NCBI GenBank assembly: GCA_046538485.1
Contig: JBKHIT010000035.1
Coordinates: forward strand, 1 to 48,672
DNA: 48,672 nucleotides
Direction of reading: 5' to 3'
Source of the DNA: Candidatus Brocadiia bacterium
Lineage (GTDB): Bacteria > Planctomycetota > Brocadiia > SM23-32
The notes beneath the pieces are model-generated. The model worked only from the letters and a program-made list of their open reading frames with translations. It was not told where the DNA came from and did not search any database. This document shows positions 29,716 to 39,045 of the stretch, piece after piece. The stretch's first letter is position 1. Every line of letters begins with the position of its first letter. The translations under genes and the position numbers were made by a program.

Positions 29716-29875
29716 CGGTGCTGCCCTGGTTTACGAGGTGCAACGAACTGGCCCATTCTTTACCGGCAGATCGCTTATTTGCCAGAGAGTTCGCATTTTC
29801 AATACGGTCTTTCCTGCCGTTTTCCTCTGATCAGCAGTGAAAAATTCTCTCCGGAGCGTAGTGAACCCGTGTGCG

Positions 29876-31102
29876 TCAGAATTCCGGGCGAATATCCACG
29901 ATTTGGTTTTCGTGGACCTCGGCGTTGGCCATTTCGTAGGCTTCGAAATACTGCCGTGCGACGACCTCCCAGCTGATTACGTTCATCAGATATTGATAAA
30001 GATTATGTCCCAATTCCCACCGCAGCCCCTCATCCGTTGCGAGACGAATTATTTTTTGCCTGAGCATGTCTTTGTTTGTGAACAGCAGTCCGCCTTCGCT
30101 TTCGAGTGTCTGAGCCGTCAGTCCTTCAAGTGGGGCGGTGGTGACGAACGGTTTATTCAGGGCCATAATACGCGCGAGGGTTCCTGACTGAGTTTCGTCG
30201 AGAGAAGGCAACAGCACAAAATCACAGATGGCCATCACTTTATAATAGACGACGCCTCTGGGTGTGAATTTGAAGAAGTCCGCAAGCCCTTTTTCTGCCA
30301 GAACCTTGACACCTCCCATATATTCGGCATAAGCGCCAATATCGTGGGGATCGCGGAGGTCTCCGGCTGCAAGAAGCACCCATTCTTTGCCCGTTTTCTC
30401 CCGTATGGTATCACAGATATCTTCCCACATGTCAGTTACGATATCCCAGCGTTTATTCTGCTGGATCCATCCCACGAGTCCGATGACGTGTTTGTCTTTC
30501 AAGTGTCCCAAACCTAACTCATCTTTGAGCGCAGAGACTTCATCGATGGCGTATCTGCGATCAGGTCGGGCTCCGTGAGGAATGATCATGATATTGCGCG
30601 GCAGGTCCCATTTATGGGCCGAGAAGTTCCATTCTAATCGCCATTTTTGATATCGACATTTGAGGAACAGGATGTTTGTGCGTGGTGCGAGCTTATGGAC
30701 GAACTGTTCTTCGTGATCTTTCATCCGACCATGGACGGTATGGGGCTCTACGACTCGGGGGACATCTTCAATTTCTTCGAGCAGCCGGAGAAAACCATGA
30801 TTTAAGTCGGATTCCCCATTTTCGTCCACATAGTTGTATAGCCCATATTCATGCTGGAGGTGGACGACATAGGGATCCAATTCGTGGATCTTATCAGCGA
30901 CAGGTTTATACCAGTCTTCGCGGTCCATATCGATGATGGGGAAGACATTATCTCCGGCACCGTCGGTATGAGATATTGTATAGCAGGGTCGATCCGGTTC
31001 CTGTTTTTGTATAAATTCGAGAGCTTCTTCTGCGAACGTTGCAATTCCACACTTTCTCGGCGGCCAGCTGCTGACCATGATGATGGGTTTTTTGTCGGCC
31101 AT
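29876..31102 (-). CDS. GT4-family glycosyltransferase
   Basis: SSWPPRKCGIATF, HLQHEYGL, IPHG and QSGTLA motifs. Confidence 0.88.
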   Translation of the reverse strand: MADKKPIIMVSSWPPRKCGIATFAEEALEFIQKQEPDRPCYTISHTDGAGDNVFPIIDMDREDWYKPVADKIHELDPYVVHLQHEYGLYNYVDENGESDLNHGFLRLLEEIEDVPRVVEPHTVHGRMKDHEEQFVHKLAPRTNILFLKCRYQKWRLEWNFSAHKWDLPRNIMIIPHGARPDRRYAIDEVSALKDELGLGHLKDKHVIGLVGWIQQNKRWDIVTDMWEDICDTIREKTGKEWVLLAAGDLRDPHDIGAYAEYMGGVKVLAEKGLADFFKFTPRGVVYYKVMAICDFVLLPSLDETQSGTLARIMALNKPFVTTAPLEGLTAQTLESEGGLLFTNKDMLRQKIIRLATDEGLRWELGHNLYQYLMNVISWEVVARQYFEAYEMANAEVHENQIVDIRPEF

Positions 31103-31142
31103 TTCGACTCCGTTTTTGTAATTCAAAGAAGTTATTTAAAAA

Positions 31143-33458
31143 CTATTTCCCGGTTTTTGCCACGCGCCGAGAACGGATCATGATTCTATCTTGTTCGGAG
31201 TATATTTCAGTAAGTGTTAGAAGCGAAAGCAGGCAACAAAGAGTGCTTTCAGCTCCTTGATTCTGGTTCGGACCTTCCGCGGTAAGACCGTCGGCGCAGG
31301 CCCCCGTGCTGAAGTCATACAGGGGGACTCTCAGGTCGTTGACGCCTAAAAACCAGTCGAACGCGGTTCGCATGTGGCGTAGATATTCCCGTTGTCCCGT
31401 GGCGCGAAAAGCTGTTTTGCATGCTTCTACCAATCCACAGGCGTCTATAGGCTGTTGGTCAAACTGCGCCGGTTCGTCATCCTTCTGATGCCAGCCGTTG
31501 TTGCCGACGAAGGAAAGATGTCCATCTTCGCTCTGGGATTTACCAAGCAAGAAATCAAGGCTCTGAACCCCAACATCGAGGTAATCTTCTTTCCCTGTTA
31601 TTTCATGGGCGAGAAGCAGACTATGGGGGAGCATAGCATTATCGTACGTGATGTACGGCTCAAACCAGAGCCAGTCGTTTTCGGTGTGAGCGTGAAAAGC
31701 GGCCAGGTTCTTGCCGGCGAGGGCGTCAATTTTTGGCTCGATATCGTGGGCCTCGGGGTAACGTTGCAGGTAATAGTAGAATCCCAGAATTGCATTGGCT
31801 CTACCTCTCAGGCTCAGCATTTCAAGAAGGTTTTGGTTTTCCACAGAATTTTCGAACAGTTCGGTAGCCAGAGGCAGCATCTGGCGATTTCCACGATATA
31901 TCACGTAGCCCAGCCCCCACAAAGCTCGCCCAAGGCAATCATCGCTTCCGACTTCTTCGATGAACTGCCTATCGTAGCTCATAAAATTGCGGAAAAGGCC
32001 ATCTTCTCTTTGCGCGTAATGCACAAAGCTGAGATAGATGTTGAGCAAACGTTCGGCTTCGTCGTCATTAAATAAATCGAGATACTTTGCCGCGACAACC
32101 ATCCCCCGGGCGTTATCGTCGGTGGTATAGCCATGCTGGCGATTGGGCACGGAGAAGTGGGCGTGTTGCAAAAGCCCGGTATCATCAGTGAGGCGGGAGA
32201 GATGGTTCAGTTTTGGTCTTGGCAAACCTGTGATCGGCAGCAAATGCCGCATAGTGGTATCCGGCATTGCGGAACGCACCCGCGCCGCACTCATAGCCGA
32301 GCGGAAAGTGTCGATGTATTGTCGTCCGACCTCCGGCCAGACCATATTACGACTGTATTCGTAGGCTTCAGCCCGGATATCTCTGAGTCGATCGGGATTG
32401 TCAAGCAGTTGTAGCAGCCCGTCGCTCAGCGCTTCGGAGTTTTGGAAATCCACAAGAATGCCACGTCCATCCCCCAGCAGTTCCTCTGCGTACCAGTAAC
32501 GAGTGGAAACAATGGGTTTACCGGCTCCGAGTGCATAGGCAAGAGTTCCACTTGTGATTTGCTCACGGTTCGGATAGGGGGTGACGTAAATGTCAGCGGC
32601 TTTCAAGAATTCGCAGAGTTCCTCCTGTTCCACAAAACGCCCGATAAACAGGACATTTTTCTGAAGTCCGAGTTCCCGGGCTCTTCGCTGGAGTTTCAAC
32701 CGATAACTTTCGCCTTCTCGCTCTTTGATTTCCGGATGGGTAGCTCCGAGGACGATGTAGCACAGATCAGGATGCTTTTCCACAACCGGGGGAAGGGCTT
32801 CGATCATGTATTCAATGCCTTTGCCCGGGCTGAGGAGCCCAAAAGTTAGAATAACTTGCCGTCCTTCCATATCGAATTGATCTTTGTAAAGGTCGGGTTC
32901 GACAAGCGGGAGTTGTTCGACACCGTGGTGGATGAATTTGATTTTTTCATCGGGGGCATTGTAGATATCCTGGAGAAATCCCACACCCTTACGGCTCATT
33001 ACTACCAGGCGCTGGCTCAGGACAATTAATTCATCCATTACCTCCTGTTGCCCATCTGACGGCTGATCGAGTATGGTGTGAAATGTTGTGACGACGGGGC
33101 AGCGTAGCTCGCGAAGCATATCGAGAACATATGCACCGTCCGGACCTCCGAAAATTCCAAATTCATGTTGGAGCGAGACCACGCCGACGTTGCTGTAATT
33201 GACGAATTCGGCGGCTTCAACGTAATCGACGCGGGCTCCCTGATCGATTTTGTGTTTGACCATGTCGGGATAATCGTATTCTGCGCTCGGGTTGTCGATT
33301 GCCACAATCATGGAGCGCAGACGTCCATCCATCTGCCCCAGACAGGCTGAAGAAAGGCTGTTTGTGAATGTGCCAATCCCGCATTGTCGAGGAGGGAATG
33401 TGCTGATATAGGCGACGGCATCCTGATTTCTGTCTTCATTCAAAGCTGCATTACTCAC
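31143..33458 (-). CDS. GT4 glycosyltransferase with a C-terminal (alpha/alpha)-barrel glycosidase-like domain
   Basis: STFPPRQCGIGTF, QHEFGIFGG and EQITSGTL. C-domain has YTTDDNAR, FDQQP and NQGAEST. Start uncertain (GTG 33458 chosen). Confidence 0.88.
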   Translation of the reverse strand: MSNAALNEDRNQDAVAYISTFPPRQCGIGTFTNSLSSACLGQMDGRLRSMIVAIDNPSAEYDYPDMVKHKIDQGARVDYVEAAEFVNYSNVGVVSLQHEFGIFGGPDGAYVLDMLRELRCPVVTTFHTILDQPSDGQQEVMDELIVLSQRLVVMSRKGVGFLQDIYNAPDEKIKFIHHGVEQLPLVEPDLYKDQFDMEGRQVILTFGLLSPGKGIEYMIEALPPVVEKHPDLCYIVLGATHPEIKEREGESYRLKLQRRARELGLQKNVLFIGRFVEQEELCEFLKAADIYVTPYPNREQITSGTLAYALGAGKPIVSTRYWYAEELLGDGRGILVDFQNSEALSDGLLQLLDNPDRLRDIRAEAYEYSRNMVWPEVGRQYIDTFRSAMSAARVRSAMPDTTMRHLLPITGLPRPKLNHLSRLTDDTGLLQHAHFSVPNRQHGYTTDDNARGMVVAAKYLDLFNDDEAERLLNIYLSFVHYAQREDGLFRNFMSYDRQFIEEVGSDDCLGRALWGLGYVIYRGNRQMLPLATELFENSVENQNLLEMLSLRGRANAILGFYYYLQRYPEAHDIEPKIDALAGKNLAAFHAHTENDWLWFEPYITYDNAMLPHSLLLAHEITGKEDYLDVGVQSLDFLLGKSQSEDGHLSFVGNNGWHQKDDEPAQFDQQPIDACGLVEACKTAFRATGQREYLRHMRTAFDWFLGVNDLRVPLYDFSTGACADGLTAEGPNQNQGAESTLCCLLSLLTLTEIYSEQDRIMIRSRRVAKTGK

Positions 33459-33659
33459 TAATATGACCGGTTTGACGGTTCGAAAAAAGTTCCCGAATGG
33501 ATAACGAGGTAGATTATAGCTCAGGGGTGCCAGGCATGCAAACTTTGGTGCATATAGCGGACGAACAAGGAAATGCGTGCAAAGGGACTTGTCAGATTTG
33601 ACACGCAGGTGCGTTCCAGTTACGCTCACTGGCTATATTACTTCAAAAAGGAGAAAAAA

Positions 33660-34424
33660 GTGCCTGAACCCGTGAAAATAATGCCCTGTCTGGATATGAA
33701 AGAGGGTAAGGTTGTTAAAGGTATCCATTTTGTAGACCTGCGAGATGCAGGCGACCCGGTGGAGTGTGCCCGAACTTACTGCGAACAGGGCGCCGACGAG
33801 CTGGCATTTCTTGATATCAGCGCGACAGTCGAAAACAGAAAGACAATGCTGAGAGACTTCAGCGAGGTCGCTGAAGTCAGCACGGTTCCGCTCACTCTTG
33901 GAGGGGGAATTAAATCTCTTCATGATATCGAGGGTGCGCTGGATGCGGGAGCAGAGAAAGCGAGTATGAGTAGTGCTGCCGTCAGAAGTCCCGATCTTGT
34001 CGAAGAAGCTGCCAAAGAATTCGGGTCAGAGCATATTGTTGTAGCGGTTGACGCCGACGCGTCCGGAGAACTCCCATCTGGTTATGAAGTGTATATCGAT
34101 GGGGGACGGACGGCGACAGGGATAGACGCTCTGGAGTTTGCGAAAGCGGCAGAAGACCGAGGCGCCGGCACAATACTTCCCACAAGTAAACAGACGGATG
34201 GCACAAAAAACGGATACGATATTGAGCTGACTGGAGGTATCGCTGATCGCGTAAAAGTGCCGGTGATTGCCAGTGGGGGTGCTGGAGCAATGGAACACTT
34301 CTACGAAGCGGCTACCGCGGGGAAAGCGGATGTATTACTGGCCGCGAGTGTTTTCCATTTTGGCGAAATTAAGATACCGGATCTTAAAGAATACCTGAAA
34401 GATAAAGGGGTCGATGTGTTTTAA
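33660..34424 (+). CDS. hisF: Imidazole glycerol phosphate synthase cyclase subunit
   Basis: IMPCLDMK, VVKG, GADEL, GGGI, DGTKNGYD and AASVFH. GTG start after AAGGAG. Confidence 0.95.
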   Translation: MPEPVKIMPCLDMKEGKVVKGIHFVDLRDAGDPVECARTYCEQGADELAFLDISATVENRKTMLRDFSEVAEVSTVPLTLGGGIKSLHDIEGALDAGAEKASMSSAAVRSPDLVEEAAKEFGSEHIVVAVDADASGELPSGYEVYIDGGRTATGIDALEFAKAAEDRGAGTILPTSKQTDGTKNGYDIELTGGIADRVKVPVIASGGAGAMEHFYEAATAGKADVLLAASVFHFGEIKIPDLKEYLKDKGVDVF

Positions 34425-34449
34425 TGATCCGGTGGGTATTTGCAAATAC

Positions 34450-35538
34450 TTATTCTTGATTGTTGGAGAGAACGTCCCCGTATTCGTCAATTTTCTCAAG
34501 CAATTTCGCGGTCCCGCGGGCCACGGCCGTCATGGGATCTTCGGCCAGCTTGGCCGAAAGACCGGTTTGTTCGGTTAACAAACTGCCCAGTCCGGTAAGT
34601 TGCGATCCACCTCCGACGAGCGTGATACCTGTATCGAGCAGATCGCTGGCGAGTTCAGGAGGCGTATTGTCGAGACAACTCCGCACGGCCTCAATGATTT
34701 TTTGGATGGGCGGATTGAGGGCTTCCCGCACTTCTTCGCTGGTGATTTCGAGTTTCCGGGGCAGTCCCGCAGCGATGTCTTTTCCTTTGACCTCGCATTT
34801 GAGTTCCTGGTCAAGTGGAGCGACAGAGCCGATTGCAATTTTGACCTCTTCAGCCGTTCGCAGACCGATGTCAAGGCCATAGACATCCCGAACATATTCT
34901 CGAATCGCTTCATCCATTCCGTCGCCTGCTACACGGAAACTTTCGAGTGTGACTATTTCTCCCACGCTCAAGACAGCCACCTCGGTTGTCCCGCCTCCGA
35001 TATCGATAACCATTGTACCCATGGGCTCGCCAATAGGTAGCCCAGCTCCGATAGCCCCGGCTTTCGACTCAGGGATGGTATAAACTTCTCTGGCCCCGGC
35101 GTTGATAGCGCTACTTCGAACCGCCTTTTTTTCGACAGCTGTTACGCCGCTGGGGACGCTGATAACCATGCGTGGGCGTCCGCCCCAGCCGTGTTTTTGG
35201 ACGCGTTTGATGAAATAACGGAGCATAATTTCCGTCAGTTCGAAGTCAGCAATGACTCCGTCTTTGAGGGGACGTACAGCCCGGATATTCTCCGGGACTC
35301 TTTCCAACATCTTTTTTGCTTCGTTTCCGACGGCCCGTCCATTCATCGGAACTTCGCCCGGCGCCCCACCTGTCTTAACGGCGACCACCGAAGGCTCCAT
35401 CAGTGCGACGCCTTTTCCGGGGATACAAACAAGAGTGTTGGCTGTGCCCAGATCAATACCCAGATCTGGAGCGCCCAGATTCATCGCAAAACTTAGAATT
35501 TTCTTGAGGGAGAAACCCTTTTCCCAACCCACTTTCAT
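34450..35538 (-). CDS. mreB: Rod shape-determining actin homolog
   Basis: GIDLGTANT, EPSVVA, RPLKDGVIADF, DIGGGTTEVAV and GITLVGGGS. Start uncertain. Confidence 0.93.
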   Translation of the reverse strand: MKVGWEKGFSLKKILSFAMNLGAPDLGIDLGTANTLVCIPGKGVALMEPSVVAVKTGGAPGEVPMNGRAVGNEAKKMLERVPENIRAVRPLKDGVIADFELTEIMLRYFIKRVQKHGWGGRPRMVISVPSGVTAVEKKAVRSSAINAGAREVYTIPESKAGAIGAGLPIGEPMGTMVIDIGGGTTEVAVLSVGEIVTLESFRVAGDGMDEAIREYVRDVYGLDIGLRTAEEVKIAIGSVAPLDQELKCEVKGKDIAAGLPRKLEITSEEVREALNPPIQKIIEAVRSCLDNTPPELASDLLDTGITLVGGGSQLTGLGSLLTEQTGLSAKLAEDPMTAVARGTAKLLEKIDEYGDVLSNNQE

Positions 35539-35725
35539 CCTCTTAACGAGTCGTCAGGAAACATGCGAACCGGCCTTATTACATTTATTATACGCGAGCG
35601 TCGGCCCCAAAATCCAGTTTGACTTAAGGGGAATTGTGAATAATCGGAAAAAAACAAAAAAAGCCACGAAATTACCGGCTTTTGCACCGGTTTTTCCCGT
35701 GGCTCTGCAGACGCCAGATGGATCA

Positions 35726-36154
35726 TCATTGAACGATCCACCACTCTCCTTTTTTCGATATGAGATCCAGGCCGAGTTCTTTATCGCTATTTACCACTTC
35801 TATCTTTGCAGTGGTTCCCTCCACCGAACTCTTAAGTTCTGGCTTTTCCGGGACCCTCGGCAGCCCTGAGGTGAGCTCTTCTCGAACAGCTCCCCGGTCT
35901 TCGGAGGCGACGTATTGTAAGGCCTCAGCGATTTGATCTGCCCGGACATGCGAGAGAAAAGCTTGAACTACTTTTTCGGGATTTGAGCGATCAGCGTTGC
36001 TCTTTTCCTGTTCGGTTTCTAACGGCGTTGTTCTGGCGGCCCCGGATTGTTTTGCTTCGTAATCCTGGATTTCCAACCAGGTAAACGCCGTCCCAAGGGC
36101 TAACATGATGCATGCGCCAATCAGAACGGCGATCAAATAGGCATTGTCACCCAT
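35726..36154 (-). CDS. Hypothetical membrane-anchored protein
   Basis: N-terminal TM, a PEKVVQAFL...GEWWI small domain, and an RBS. Confidence 0.7.
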   Translation of the reverse strand: MGDNAYLIAVLIGACIMLALGTAFTWLEIQDYEAKQSGAARTTPLETEQEKSNADRSNPEKVVQAFLSHVRADQIAEALQYVASEDRGAVREELTSGLPRVPEKPELKSSVEGTTAKIEVVNSDKELGLDLISKKGEWWIVQ

Positions 36155-36173
36155 GTGACTTTTCCCTTTTTAA

Positions 36174-37025
36174 TCAGCGGATGCGTGTGGTGGCGTTATC
36201 GCCTACTTGCAGAGGAGCGGGAATGCCGAGAGTTCTATCGACTCTGGCGACACTCATGTTCTCCTGAACGTCCATCACGTAAACCTTGGCGATAAATCTT
36301 TTGTCCCGGTAGACGATGAACGGGAAACCAACTCTCACTTTACTTTCTTTGCCTTTATTCAACACGACAGCGCCCAAATCTTTATCAATCCGAGCCACTT
36401 TGGCGTCGATAATCGGCGGGGGTTTCCGACCGGTATGGATACCACGGCGCTCAAGTTCGGCCAGCTGACTTTCAAACTGGTTACGCTCGCTTTTGACCTT
36501 TGCAACTTCTTCGTTCAGGTTGGCAATTTCACCATCGAGAGCATCGATCTTTTTGTCCCGATCGGCTACTGTCGACTCGAGATTTGCCACCTGGTTCAAC
36601 AGCGATTGTTGCTCTTTTTTGAGTTTACCAATTGTTGCGTCCCGCTGGTCGATAATCCCATTTTTTTGCCCCACTTGTGTCTCAAGATCTTTTACCCGGC
36701 TGATCCTGTCGGTCAGGCGATCATTGAGTGTTTCTTTATCTTTACTGAGAGTCCCGATCCGATCGTTTGCCGCATCAACCTTGTCTGTAAGGTTGGCAAT
36801 TTCACGTTTCAGGGAGTTCCTCATCTGATCTTTGCTGTTTAAGGTGCTCTGCCACTCTTTATAGTATTCCTCCTTTTTCTTCTCCGCTTCATCGTACTTC
36901 TTTTTCACGGTTGCATACTTGCCTCGCCATTGCGTGCGCTTCTGATAGAGCATCATTTGCGAGACCGCAAAGCCGGTACTCAACAGCAACACAAACACAA
37001 CCAATACTTTTGCGAATGCGTTCAT
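36174..37025 (-). CDS. Membrane-anchored long coiled-coil protein with a C-terminal beta domain
   Basis: N-terminal TM, a long heptad-rich region, a VVLNKG...GFPFIVYR beta domain, and an AGGAGG RBS. Confidence 0.8.
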   Translation of the reverse strand: MNAFAKVLVVFVLLLSTGFAVSQMMLYQKRTQWRGKYATVKKKYDEAEKKKEEYYKEWQSTLNSKDQMRNSLKREIANLTDKVDAANDRIGTLSKDKETLNDRLTDRISRVKDLETQVGQKNGIIDQRDATIGKLKKEQQSLLNQVANLESTVADRDKKIDALDGEIANLNEEVAKVKSERNQFESQLAELERRGIHTGRKPPPIIDAKVARIDKDLGAVVLNKGKESKVRVGFPFIVYRDKRFIAKVYVMDVQENMSVARVDRTLGIPAPLQVGDNATTRIR

Positions 37026-37447
37026 GAATTACCTCCTGGCGTCATGATTTTCCCCGGGATGCGCAGTCGCGTATCATGCAAGTCCCGTGACAATCGAGTT
37101 AAATTATACGGTTGAGTCTAACAAAGTCAAGCGCTTTTGGGCAAAAAAATCAAACTTATCCCAATAGAGCCTTCAAAGCGGCCCCGCTACTCTCCTGCCG
37201 GATTTTACCGGGCGCAATGTAGAAAACCAATTTGTTGCTCCGGCGTTTGAATTTCCACTCTCACAATGTACACTAAGTCAGAGTAATCGTCCAGTGGGTT
37301 TTCGCTTCTGCTTGTCTTTTGCGCGCGAACTGGGAGCCACTAATCTTTATTTGAGCATAAAGCTTTTACCATGTTGTACGTCAAAAAGCAAAGTGATATT
37401 ACTCAGAAAAATGGAATTCGAGTCTCTTTTAAGAAAAGGAGAGGATT

Positions 37448-37756
37448 ATGCCAGAGTTTCTGAACCCGTTCAGCGGAATAACACCCGATCGTAAAATGAC
37501 CGAACGAGAACTGGCCCGCGCCATTCGGCTCTCCCTTGCGGCTGAACAGGAAGCTGTTCATCTCTACGAAGCTCTCGCTGATGCAACTGACAACGAACTG
37601 GCTGCCAAAGTGCTTCAGGATATTGCCGATGAGGAGAAGGAACATACCGGCGAATTCTATCGTCTGCTCGATATCCTTCTCCCGGATGATCATGAATTCC
37701 GCGAAGAGGGCGCCGAAGAGGTCGACGAAATGGCGGAGGAACTGGGCGAAGATTGA
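37448..37756 (+). CDS. Small ferritin/rubrerythrin-like protein (encapsulated-ferritin-like)
   Basis: AEQEAVHLYE and DIADEEKEHTGEF ferroxidase-type motifs, with a strong RBS. Confidence 0.85.
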   Translation: MPEFLNPFSGITPDRKMTERELARAIRLSLAAEQEAVHLYEALADATDNELAAKVLQDIADEEKEHTGEFYRLLDILLPDDHEFREEGAEEVDEMAEELGED

Positions 37757-37884
37757 AACTTTCTCGAAATCCGTGAAACCAGCAGCGGCCCGCTTGCGTG
37801 CGCGTAATCGGGCCGTTATTCTATTGCACGCTTTTCTGCTGACAAAATACTCACCGTCTTACTCAAAGTATCAGGAGACAACAG

Positions 37885-38952
37885 ATGGCGAAGATCAATT
37901 TTGGGGGAGTTGAGGAAACTGTTATCACGCGGGACGAATTTCCGCTCGAAAAGGCCCGTGAAGTGCTTAAAGACGAAACAATCGCCGTCATCGGATACGG
38001 CGTGCAGGGGCCCGCACAGGCGAAAAACATGCGAGACAACGGTTTCGATGTCATCATCGGACAGGCCCCCGACCACGGTGATTACTGGCAGAAGGCCATC
38101 GATGATGGGTGGACGCCCGATGAGACCCTTTTTCCGATAGAGGCGGCCGTCGAACGGGGCACAATCATCCAGTATCTCGTCTCGGATGCCGCGCAAATGC
38201 TGCTCTGGGAAACCATTAAACCACATCTCAATACCGGCGACGCCCTATATTTCTCGCACGGTTTCTCGATCGTCTACAGCGATCAAACCGGCGTCGTGCC
38301 GCCCGAAGATGTCGACGTCATTATGGTCGCCCCTAAAGGCTCGGGCACTTCGGTACGACGGAATTTCCTGGAAGGCAGCGGCATCAATTCCAGCTTCGCT
38401 GTCGAACAGGACGCCACCGGCCGCGCCGAAGAAAGATGCAAAGCCGTCGGAATCGCCATCGGTTCAGGCTACCTCTTCCCCACAACGTTCGAAAATGAGG
38501 TCCACAGCGATCTCACGGGCGAGCGCGGCGTGCTCATGGGAGCCCTCGCGGGAGTGATGGAAGCCCAGTACAACTGCCTGCGAGAACACGGCCACAGCCC
38601 CAGCGAAGCGTTCAACGAAACCGTCGAAGAGCTCACTCAAAGCCTCATTAAGCTCGTCGCCGAAAACGGTATGGACTGGATGTATGCCAATTGCAGCACC
38701 ACCGCCCAGCGGGGAGCGCTCGACTGGCGACATAAGTTCCGCGAGGCCGTGGAACCGGTTTTCGATGAACTCTACAAACGAGTGGAAGACGGCACCGAGA
38801 CCAAAATTGTGCTCGAGGCTAACAGCCAGCCCGACTACCAGGAAAAACTCTCGGAAGAACTGCGAGAAATCCGGGAATCCGAGATGTGGCAGGCCGGAGC
38901 CGCCGTGCGAAGCCTGCGACCGGAAAATTGGGGAGAAGACAACGAGGACTGA
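37885..38952 (+). CDS. ilvC: Ketol-acid reductoisomerase
   Basis: GYGVQGPAQ, SHGF, MVAPKGSG, SDLTGERG and CSTTAQRGA. Confidence 0.96.
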   Translation: MAKINFGGVEETVITRDEFPLEKAREVLKDETIAVIGYGVQGPAQAKNMRDNGFDVIIGQAPDHGDYWQKAIDDGWTPDETLFPIEAAVERGTIIQYLVSDAAQMLLWETIKPHLNTGDALYFSHGFSIVYSDQTGVVPPEDVDVIMVAPKGSGTSVRRNFLEGSGINSSFAVEQDATGRAEERCKAVGIAIGSGYLFPTTFENEVHSDLTGERGVLMGALAGVMEAQYNCLREHGHSPSEAFNETVEELTQSLIKLVAENGMDWMYANCSTTAQRGALDWRHKFREAVEPVFDELYKRVEDGTETKIVLEANSQPDYQEKLSEELREIRESEMWQAGAAVRSLRPENWGEDNED

Positions 38953-38975
38953 AACTCCCACTATAATTTGAAAAT

Positions 38976-39021
38976 GGGCGTCCGCGGGCTTCTCTCTGCC
39001 GGCCGACGCCTTTTTCTTTTT
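38976..39021 (+). terminator. Probable intrinsic terminator after ilvC
   Basis: GGCGTC...GACGCC stem followed by TTTTTCTTTTT. Confidence 0.55.
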
Positions 39022-39045
39022 GCCCCCGGGTCAAAAAAACCCGTC

